From Paragordius varius (taxonomy: Eukaryota; Animalia; Nematomorpha), in assembly GCA_964247055.1 (NCBI GenBank), contig OZ176056.1, forward strand, positions 6,386,001-6,450,000: a stretch of 64,000 bases of DNA, given 5' to 3'. Positions 39,891 to 50,877 of this stretch are shown here, in pieces (position 1 is the stretch's first letter; every line of letters starts with the position of its first letter). Under the pieces are notes generated by a model. That model was not told the DNA's origin. It did not search any database and saw only the letters and a list, made by a program, of their open reading frames with translations. The translations under genes and the position numbers were made by a program.

Positions 39891-42495
39891 AGATTTGAAG
39901 CGCCATATAAAGCGGCAGAATAAACACTAATAGCATCATAATCCGGCTTGGTAAGGTAGGGTCTTCCAATATTTTGTCTGACAATGTCTTCTTTAATTTC
40001 TTGCCACATTCAAGATCCAGGAGATTTGATGATGTGTTGTAAAAAATGATTTGTTAAATATGTTACCTTATTGTACGCGGCTGTATTTTCAGGTCTAACT
40101 GGTGCCAGAGCACGAAAGCTATTTGAGTTTTGCTTTTTATTGTACATTTTTAATGACTACGGGGGAGATTTAAATCAGGGGTTACCTTCAAGAACGGATT
40201 AAATGTAGTTTGAATGCTGAGACCTTAATGTTTTTCGCATTTGAGGTTGATTCGATTTATTAATTTAACATTTTGGTATAATCGGCACTCTCTCAAGTCG
40301 AATTATCCATCAAAGGCTATATGGTGATATTAAGTTAATATGTATATAATATATGATATTTAATTTTAAAAGTATATTTGTTTAAAAAAAATTAAAACAT
40401 CAATACACATTCTGTCAAGCGATGTAATAATACAAATTAATTATATGATGAAATTTGTATAAAACTTTTAATTTTTTTTAGATTTCCTGGAATGTTAAAT
40501 TATTTAAGTTTTAGGATAACGTTAGATATACATAGACATATTTAATATAAAAGAAAATTAAATCAGCTTAAATTAAAAACATATCGAATATGGTTGGTTA
40601 ACACTTCATTACCTCTTCACTTTTTTGTTTTAGTTTACCTTTTAGGGTATTATTATATTCTAGAATTTCGAAAAATACAGTTGTTAGAATTTAATTATCA
40701 ATTTTTCTCATGTTTTAGGTCAAAAAACTTATGTTTAAGTTTGGTGACTTCTAGAGACTAAAGTTGGGATAGCTCCAAAACACGAATTAACCGAACTTAA
40801 AATCAAAATATATAAAGTTCGGCTATTATGTACCCGAGCTTCTTAAAAGTTAATATAATCAAAATATACATTTTGCTTGCTGCATTTGCGTTTAATATTT
40901 ATAGAAAAAATGGTAGCAAATAAGATTGAAATGAGATTTATTACGATTTTAAATTTTTTTAAATTTTCTTTCAATCCTTAAAGATTAGTAAAAGTTTATT
41001 TAAAATTAGGCTTATTACCTTCTTTATAACTCTAAAAAGTAATAAAAGTTAATTTTGTTGTAAAAACTAATGGTGCGGAAATATGTTTCAAAAAACTATA
41101 GTGGTAAGATATACCTTTCAGGGCATTAAAGTTGTTTCATAGATTGTTAATAGTGTTTGGTTGTTGACGAATTGGTTTTTAAATATTGAAAGAAAATCAA
41201 AAAGGGGAAAAGCGAAAATTAAGGTAATTAAAAAAACATTAGTAAAATTTGAGTTATGATGGTTTATTATCATTTTAGACAATATTTACAATTTATAAAT
41301 AGCCTAAAATCATATAGTTAGGGTTTTATAAAAATCTAAATCAAAAAATAACTGAAAGATATTTTTTAATGTTTGAAAAGAGATACATATATATATATAT
41401 ATATATATATAACTGAATTTGATAAAAAACATCTTAATTTACTTAAACAAAACACAACAAACGCATAAGCCTCTCATATTTACTAATATAACACAAAAAC
41501 TATTAATCCATGACTTTTTGGTGTTTAGAAAAAAAGCCGAATTGATAAATATGCTTTTTTTACCCTTTTAAAAAAATTTTTTTATAAAAAATGCAAATTT
41601 CTAAAAAATCATCATCCTAAACCTGCCATTTTTTCAAATTTTTTAAATCGCTGATGCAACAAGCAAATAAATATATATATTTATATAAATATATTTGTTG
41701 AAAAATTTAAATAATTAACTTTGGGCTACTTACCAGCAAAAACTTTGATATTACATTTTACTATTAAATGTTTGTTTATGTTTAGATGGTGTTTTAGAGC
41801 TGTCCCAATTTTAGATTATAGATGACACATTAATACATGAGAAAAATGTTTGATAATTGAATTGATTTTTAACTAAAATAACTTTCTTATTAGTAGTTTA
41901 TATACAATTGAGCTCTTTAAACATTCCATATGTCATCGCGAAAAGGGAAAAGGACTGAAGTGGTATATTTCATAAGTATTACTTGAATTATAGATTAAAA
42001 CTTAAGAGGAATGAATTTGGGTTTCTAATTTCTAGTAATGTATTTTATTTTTAAAAAATTTACATATTCTGTATATCAAACGCTTTCAAGTAATTTTTGC
42101 AGTTCTTAAAACATTAATTTTCTTTGAATTTTAACATGTAGAATAAATGGAAAATTTGATATAATTATCACAAGCTTACAATATCCGAAAAATATTTGCT
42201 TAGCTTAAACTCTAACTTAATAAAGCATATTAATTTTTAAGAATTAATTGAATGTTCTATCAATCAGTAATGATGTGTTTTTGAGAATTGCGACGAAAAT
42301 ACGTAAATCAATTTGTTTATCAACAATATTTTTGCTGCGCACGTCTAATATTTCTTATAATAGACTAATAAAAGGTTCGTTTGTTTGTTTGTTTTTTATC
42401 ACAAAAATATATATAACTTTGCTTTTTTAACAACAACCAATCTTATTGTACACTTTATATTTTAAAACACCGAAATTTTTGTGAAATCAAAATCA

Positions 42496-43864
42496 ATGTT
42501 GAAATATTTTCTATGTGCCTGCTTCTTTACAGCGGTATATGCTGCCAGTGGAGAATCCAAAAAAATTGAAGTAAATTATATTATATTCATTGTTATTTAA
42601 CTTAATAATATTTAAACCTATATTGAAATAAATACGCCTTTTTTAAAAATGAGTCATATCTAAGACATTTTGAATTTGCCATCTTCCTTTCTTTAAATGT
42701 AATTTAAACAATGATCTTTGTTTTATTATTAAAATGAAAAAATTTTGGGTCAAAGTCAAATATTTATTAGAGATAAAAACAATCAGATTTATGTAATTTA
42801 ATCTAAAATGCCCGCTATAATGTTTAAAAAGCATATCATATTTAAGAGTTAGGATTTATGAAAGCTTTAAACTCGCCTGCCCAAGTTTGAGAGTAAAGGA
42901 TGCCGACCTATAAAATAAACCAATGATGTCCATCCAACACGCGACCTCGAAAAAACTTTCACGTGAGAAATTTTTAAAATATCGAAAAACAATTTTTATA
43001 ATTAAAGAAATAAGCTAAAAATGGAGAAGATATGATTAATGTTTCAGTTCCATTCTTAAAAATCATTACATATCTACACTGCTCATTTATTGAATTGTCA
43101 TGAATTATCTTGATATCGGACGCTCAGTTTAATAATTATCAAATTGTTAAATTACTTATAAACACACAATATGGTAAACTTATAGATTTAGATTGTGTGC
43201 TAAATTTACCTGTTTAAAATTTTTTATCTATTTCAAAAAAAATATTTTGTAACATCATCTTGAGTGCGCTTAAATATCCTAACTTAATGCTAAATATGTT
43301 TAAAATCCTATTTTTTGAGTTTTGTGCATTTATGTGGTATTCGATTGTTTTTAAATAAATGAAATAGATTAGTTTATTTAAAAAATTCCAATAATAATTT
43401 AAAGTCTCATCTTTTGGCCCGGAAAAATTCAAAAAAAGTTAAATGATTAGTGAATATATTATGGTCGCTTTTTTACAATCCCATGTCTATAAAATATTAT
43501 AAGTGTACTTTTCTTCTATTTTTTTTCAAGGTGGCCCACCCGAAGCCATTTATGTTGGGCACCCTTGAAATATAACATGACGCTTTCCTTTTTGGTACCA
43601 TATATATATATATTGATATAAATAAAGGTTTTTCCTCTTGAACCGTACTTTTGCAATCCAGATGTGGAAATAGATTGCCCTGATGTATGCAACATTACTT
43701 GCTCAGAATTGGTTACAGTTAATTGTATACCCTATTATTGCGACAACAAATGTCAAGCGATATACATGCCAGTTGATGGTAAGGGTGCAGTTCTTTGTGG
43801 AAATAAATATGACTTATCTAGGTATTTTATTAAAGTTATTTATATAAATATAACTAACTACTCT

Positions 43865-43896
<32 letters not shown>

Positions 43897-44045
43897 ATAA
43901 AATATTGAACAGGAATGATTGGATAAAGTTTAATGAAATCAGCGACTTAGGTCTAATTCCTATAAATTCTTCTTTTAACCAAACTTCACAAAATATGGAA
44001 GGAAGCCGAGACGATTATAATAGTGGTGAAAATGATAAACCATAG
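42496..44045 (+). CDS. Small Cys-rich, probably secreted protein. Exons 43531-43594, 43628-43821 and 43913-44045 are phase-consistent. Candidate signal-peptide exon at 42496-42570; the link between them is unresolved.
   Basis: WPTRSHLCWAPLKYNMTLSFL|VFPLEPYFCNPDVEIDCPDVCNITCSELVTVNCIPYYCDNKCQAIYMPVDGKGAVLCGNKYDLSR|NDWIKF...DKP*. MLKYFLCACFFTAVYAASGESKKIE|gt looks like a signal peptide, but it ends in phase 0 and the next exon needs phase 2. Confidence 0.55.
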
Positions 44046-44226
44046 TGACTATCGCATTGAACATGTATTTTACTTAGCCATTACAAATTATAAAAAATAT
44101 CAATAAACAAATAATTATCCGTGTTGATAATTAAGCTAGCCCATAAACTTATTAATTTATTATGTAGAGACAATTATTTATTTTATCTGTAATAACGCAA
44201 GTTTTTGAGTACGTTGTTTAGCTAAG

Positions 44227-44720
44227 ATATACCATTTGCACTTGAGTTTTCTGAACACTTAAAGTTGGTGCTTGGACATTTTAAGTTGATCCTTCAACAT
44301 GTTTGGCCCTTGAACACTAAGGTTAATATTTGAACACATCAAGTTGGTCTTTAAAAAATTTTTAAGTTTGGATTAAAACATAATTGCATGTATTTTATTT
44401 TATTTATTTTTAACCTAATCATGATTTAACATATATTTATTTATTTAAAATCAATAATCCTGATTAAAAAACCAATTTTTTGTTTCCTATTTTTTTTCGA
44501 TTCAACAATATTATTCAATTATAGATGTTTTCAACGAAAAATTGTAATTAATAACACAGAAAACTTATATATTTCCAATTATGTTGTAATTTTATTATAT
44601 TCAAAAACTTAATAAAAATATACCGTATTGATTAAAGTGATTTCAAAATATGGTTAAATCAAGAAAAATAGTCAACGGACCAACTTGAAGTGTTCAAGAC
44701 CACTTAAAAGTGTTCAAGGA
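44227..44720. mobile_element. MITE subfamily B copy (right terminus eroded)
   Basis: Starts atataccatttgcac, with several cactt(c/t)aagttggtccttgaa-like units and inverted units at 44685-44720. Confidence 0.7.
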
Positions 44721-45619
44721 CACGGAAATCATAATGAATTATTCTCTATGGCTGGCAAACCTTGGCGATTTTTATATGCTGAAATGCCCCATAATTTTAT
44801 GTATTAATTTGAAAATTTATTAAGAGTGGTTTAGAAAACTGGTCAAGTTTTAGGTTAAATTTGAGTATGGATTATATGTATTTAAATTACTGCTTTATAT
44901 AGACGACATCCCCGTTTTCAATAAAATTTAAGGTAGTGCTTACTTCTTATTGAAACAGCCCGCCAAATATTTTGGGTCCGAATTTCGGCGTGAGCCATTT
45001 GTGTTAAAAATTCTGGATATACAGCAAAAAGGGTATTATTGACTTAATGTTATTTTTCGATTTTTATTGCCCTTACCTTATAATAAGGCTATATATGAGC
45101 CATCTGGCAATGTCAATGAACCAACTAGCACTGTATATTAACACTTGGATAAAACACATTCATTTCAGTCCTCCGCAAATTAGGGTATTCTGTGGGACCT
45201 AGCCTGTTTAAAATCAAATATTTCTTAAAATATCAAACGAATTAAAATCATTGCGAAAGTTTGCACTTATATAACCTAAATAACCGAAATATAAAAAATT
45301 CCTTTCTAAAAAAATGATTATACTTATTTTATGGATAAAAAGGTAAAAATTAGTATGGATTAGATGTGTAAATTACCTATGAATAATGCAAAATGAATCA
45401 CTTTTTCTGTTTATATCAATGTTAGAGGTAGTTTAATTAAAAATTAGCTTTAATTTTAGCAACGCAATACTTAAAAATGTTCTAAAATAAAAATGGCTTC
45501 GAAATGGTCTAGGAAACAATTTTTGAAAACTAATTTTATTTATCTATTTTGGCTTATTTATAGAATTTTTATTATAAAAAGCATAAATATAAATTGAACT
45601 GTTTCTTTTAGTTTTATAA

Positions 45620-46090
45620 ATATACCATTTGCTTTTCAAGCGTTTTCTTGAACACTTCAAGTTGGTCCTGTAATAGTTTTATTTTTAACTTTTATCAATC
45701 AATCAAATTGATCATTCATCTATTATTATTTTTAACCCTTTTAAATAAATTTTTTATAAATATTTAAGGATTCGGACCGTATATAATCTTTATTAATTCC
45801 TAAAATTTATTATTATAATTTCAACACGTAATTAAAAAATATATAAGTTTTCTAAATTAAAGTCACTTTTTTGTCAGAAACATATATAAAATAATAAATT
45901 TGTTGATATTGGAAAATTAGTTTGAAACTAAAAGTGGAAATTTTATTTATGAATGAATAAATATATGATAATATAAAAAATAATAAAATAAAAAAGATTT
46001 GGTTAAATTAAAATTAAATTTTTTTAGGACCTACTTGAAATTAAGGACAAACTTTAAGTGTTCAAGGACATTTTTAAGTGCAAATAGTAC
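45620..46090. mobile_element. MITE subfamily B copy
   Basis: Starts atataccatttgc and ends aagtgcaaatagtac, with inverted 21-bp-type units. Confidence 0.7.
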
Positions 46091-46519
46091 GACCTAAATG
46101 TAGTTTGAGGTAAGTAGATGAATTTGAATCAAAGTGTTAAGTTAACCCCACTTATAATAATGGCATATGCAAATGTTGGACAAAAAATAATATTGTGCAT
46201 GATAATTAAAATTTATTGTATTTTTTTTGAATTCGTTGAAATCCTTAATTTGCTAACTAAAATATATTAAATACAAATTCTGTATTGCAAACAAGATTCA
46301 AGAGCAGCTAAATCTATTCAAAGTTTAGAGGTGATATGCATATTTTCAAAAAATATAAAACTATTAAATTTGAATTCAACCAAGGCGATATGGTTATATA
46401 AGTAATTTGAAATACATTTTTTTACAAAAATTAAACCAATAATTAAGGGGATTTTACATGGGGTGGAGCCTATAGGAGCCAATATACTAGTTAGTTCTAC
46501 TAAAATTTTTGCCACGGAA

Positions 46520-47120
46520 TATTGGATTTATGTTTGTCTTTAAAATTGCGTAAATCACTTTACGTTTATACAATGGCGTATTTTAGGGATGATAATGTCC
46601 CTATTGAGCAATTAATTACCAAATAAAGCTTGGCTTATTCTTTACATTTATATTTACTAACATTGTTTATCCATATAGTCTTATATGTTGGTGGTAAAAT
46701 GCTTTAAGTCATTATTATTTAGACATGTTCACATGATTGAACAGAAGATTATGGTTCAGCTGCAGCGCATTTATATGTATGAAATATGACTATTTTAAAT
46801 TATGGGTGTATGATACTGGCAATTCTTTTAAAGCTTACATTTTGATGAAAGGGCAGCAGAATTAAGGGGCTAATTTAATGAAAGGCTTCGTCTATTTTAA
46901 CACAATTTTAAAAAATAATAAAAATAATGATTGCACTCATTGTTGGAGTGTTACAAAGCCAACAATTGTTAAAAACATTATCACACAGCCTGGTCGGAAT
47001 TTATTTTTAAAAAGGACTCACTGTAGGCACATTCATACGGAAATCACTTTTATAATTGAATGGAATACAAGTTTTTCATAAAATTGGTTGCCCCTCTTTG
47101 ACTGCGGACTAAATTATATA
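46520..47120 (+). pseudogene. Possible further decayed SLC6-like segments
   Basis: Weak broken-frame resemblances: DNVPIEQLITK*SLAY to VPI.EV...GPGLAF, and HCWSVTKPTIV to CW.F.TP.II. Many stops; similarity is marginal. Confidence 0.3.
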
Positions 47121-48502
47121 ATATGTAATATTTATTTGAATGAAGCATTTAGTACCAAAAAATATGGGGTGCCAACAGAATATGTAAATGAGGATATGTG
47201 GGTACCATAATTTAATAGTATCTTTTAGCTCAGATTTATAAAATATTGTTCTCAAATTTAAGTTTAATATAAAAATGTTTGTATTACAAAAATATACATT
47301 AATTTGAAGACAGAGGATGTCTTATAGAAAAGTTTAGTATCATCGTTTTTGGACAAAAAATGATTTTATAACCTATATTTTTATACTGTTTACATGTTAA
47401 AAATATAACAAAATTTTGCTACTAAATATTTAATGTTTAATTACCTTTTTACATTTTTACCTAGATCATAAGGCAGTTTTTGAAAAATCTTAAATTTTTA
47501 ATTAAACTACAAAGTTTATTATAGTAAAATTTAATCCAATTTTTTTCTTTTCTATTATAAAACCTAAAATTGTGACAGCTCTAAAACACTATTGTACTCA
47601 ACAGCTGATTTTAATAATAAAGTTTATGCAGCTGTAAAAGAAAACCTAAAGACAAAAAGTTTAGTTACATTTTCTAACTACACTATACATTTGTGGCATA
47701 TCCTACGCGGCAAGTTTGAGATGAGATATTTTAAAAATTGTTTTTCTATAAAAAATTTATTTTATTCGCCTATAAGTCTAAAGAATGAAGTGTTATCATT
47801 TGGATATAACAAAAATTTTTCAGTCTCCTATTCCAATGGGGGGTTGTTGTGGAATCCAGGCCTGTTGTCTAAATGCTACTAAAAATTAGGAACAAAATCA
47901 ATGCATTACACTTTGATGATATTGATGCATTGAATTATAAAAAGGATTAATTAAAAAAATTAATATTACTAATTTTATGATTAACCTAAAAATTCAAAAA
48001 CATGAAATGTGTGTATTAGCCAAATAAAAAATTATGGAATATAAATTATTTTTCTATTTGTTTTATTGTTAGATTGCTATATAAGGAAGTTTATATATTA
48101 GCGTTAGTTAGGATCAAATTAGCACGATATTAAAAATATTGTAAAATAATAAGGATGCCGAACTAGTTTGGGATGTAACTTTTTTTACAATTAAATTTTA
48201 TTTTGATGTTTTGGCTTATGTATATAATATAGTTTTTTACAAAGCTTGTTGAAATTGCGACCATTGATTTCGTAGTTTTTTATAACTGGGTCTGTAGATA
48301 TCCCAATATGAATCGAAGTGTTAAAGGCGAGGTATTCACCATAATATTCTCCCACCTTTTGTCAAATTATCTAATAGCACTTTTAGAAAGGTAAAATATT
48401 GTTAATAAAAATGTATTCAAGAATTTTTTTTTTAAAATTTTCCTAATTCTTATTTTGGTTTACCGATCGTACGAACAGGTGTTGTCATCAGCACTAAGCC
48501 AC

Positions 48503-49568
48503 ATGGCTATGCCTACAAAATTATTTACGGAAAGAGAGAGGTTTAAAATTGAGAATAAATTTAAGATATTCTTGCATATATCCCGCTTATCTTAATTCAA
48601 AGAAAACATTAGCGCAGGGTAGACGAGTCCCAAAAAATAAGGTTTAAATTAATGGTTATTTATAGTGTGTAGAAAATCCTACGGTAAATGAAATAAAAGA
48701 TGTATTAACAGCCTTAAATTTAACGGCCGAGATTGAAGTTTAATATTATAAAATTTATTAGAACAAAATATATCCCCGTGAAATGAATAAAGATGGTATA
48801 TTTAAGGGACGCGTAAGAGTTCAATTAAAAAATTCTGATGGAGAATTGATTAATAAAGATTATCCTTCAAGTATAGATTTCTACAAATATATTGTCTTTA
48901 AATAGTATAAAAGTTTTTTTTAATTGTTGCCATTCTCCACTATTTTATTTAAAAACACGCATTAAATTTTGATTAATTTATTAATTATATTTTTTAAAAG
49001 TTTTGCACTTAAAATTGTATATTAACGTCTTTAAATTAAAACAAAACCGATATCATTTTGATAATTTAGCTTTATTGCAATTTTTTCAATGATTCATCTT
49101 TTTTTACAGTAAAATTGATGGGTGTATGATTAGTTGGTATAATAATATATTCTAACAATGTTTTAAATTGTTTTTATGTTGCACGATAATTATAAATATA
49201 TAATAGGCGAATGGTTAATAAAATATTAATTAAAATTATAAACATCTGTAATTGGATGGAAGAGATTTCTATTGAACCGAAATCATAATTTTTTTCCGCT
49301 TTGAACAGAGAAAAAAGTTTCAAAAAATATTTTTTCGTATACCAAATATTTGAACGTAAGATTGATGGTCGCAATCTCTGCTTGTACATTAATATATGTA
49401 GAATACGTCCTTTTACTAAAATTGGGGGAAATGATACCCAGATTGAAAACTCGCTCAAATAAACCCGGTAATGTTCAAAACACAACTCATAATATGGAAA
49501 ATACAGTAAATACCGCATCAAGCAATGTTAAAAAACAGCAAAATACCAAGAAAAAGGGTCGACGTTAA
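48503..49568 (+). CDS. SRP19: Signal recognition particle 19-kDa protein. Exons 48503-48540, 48566-48641, 48666-48737, 48762-48870, 49402-49568.
   Basis: MAMPTKLFTERER|YSCIYPAYLNSKKTLAQGRRVPKNK|CVENPTVNEIKDVL...|NKIYPREMNKD...GRVRVQLKNSDG...|...EMIPRLKTR...KKKGRR*. Introns are 25, 24, 24 and 531 nt. Confidence 0.96.
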
Positions 49569-50143
49569 ATTTCATTATACTTACACATTTGTTTAATCAA
49601 ATAAATTGCAAAAAATAAATTTTATTTTACAGTTTTATTTTAGTGAGATAGGAGCATTATAAATTTTTTTGGACATTTATATGGGGAGAGAATATAAGTG
49701 CATATTAAATGTGTGATAAAAATTAAAATGTGAAATCGGAATCGAGGAATTATTACTTTAAATTTATGATTCGCTAGTTTAGTTAAAAAAAACCTGTTAG
49801 TATATCATCTGCCCACCCAATTAATTTAACCATACCAAACCTTTAACTCTAGATATTCAATAATTTGGCACACTATATAACTCAATAGTTGTATTAAATC
49901 ATTATAGTTTATTTAACGATACGTAAACTCTTCTGTAAGACATTTGCTCGCCATTCCAGAAAATTCAAAACATATCAAATCTAAACTTTAAAATTATTAA
50001 TTATTTATTTCAATTTATTCAAATTTTATTTACATAAAAAACGACCACTATTTAATAGTTACGACATTATCATCAGTACCTATTTTATAGTATGTGCTTT
50101 GCTTTTCGATTAAGTAAAATTTAATTTAATTATTCAATTCAAT

Positions 50144-50516
50144 TCAATCTGTCAGCAACATTTTACACATTCGGGCAGAAAAAAGTTTTAGCACAGTATC
50201 ACTTATGGGAGGTTCATCTTTTTTCGCATTAAAATTATAATTTTTTTCCAAGGATTGATCCACATTATCAATATTATTACTAGTGATATTTAGCGTTTTG
50301 TTTATATAGCGTTCAGGATTTTGACATAAATTTGGTAGAGCTAATATATTACTGTTGCTGTTATTTGCTGATATATTTGTTTCATTATTATTATTTTTAT
50401 TAGTATTGTTGAGTAAAGTAGGAAACAGTTCACATTTTAACCAATTAATGTGTTGATTATCAAAAGCTGATAATTGTACAAAATGTTGAATGAAGGCGGA
50501 AAGAAGGTCAGATCTA

Positions 50517-50553
<37 letters not shown>

Positions 50554-50828
50554 ACAATGAAATATTTCAAAACATTTTGAAATATATAAATATATTAGTT
50601 AAAAATAAAATTTGTTGACTTACAAGTGAGCACTGATTGTTTCATATATGGGGAGTAGTTTAAGAACTTTTTTATCCACTATAGTTGATCCCATAAGGAT
50701 AATTATGAGATTTAGGGCAAATATGTACTATAGTAATAAAATGGCGTATTAATAAAGAGTATATTGACTTTGCGACATATCATTTCAATGATGATTTCCA
50801 AAAATAAATTAGAAATTTTAAATTTATT

Positions 50829-50877
<49 letters not shown>

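Noticed and set aside
38843-40147. Chimeric gene joining novel exons (40147-40067, 39999-39885) to the duplicated PATL1 exons
   Set aside because: The first junctions are phase-compatible, but the duplicated exon 39734-39557 has a +1 frameshift leading to TGA. The donor at 39884 comes from copied intron sequence. Chance is sufficient.
47592-48370. 96-aa ORF at 47592 and exon-like minus-strand pieces upstream of SRP19
   Set aside because: No recognisable homology. The ORF begins inside a dispersed repeat, and the candidate exon chains hit stops.
50659-50661. Non-standard genetic code (TAA read as sense)
   Set aside because: EAAT, MRPL30, DERA, ATP6V1E and SRP19 all end at TAA where expected, and no other conserved exon contains an in-frame stop.
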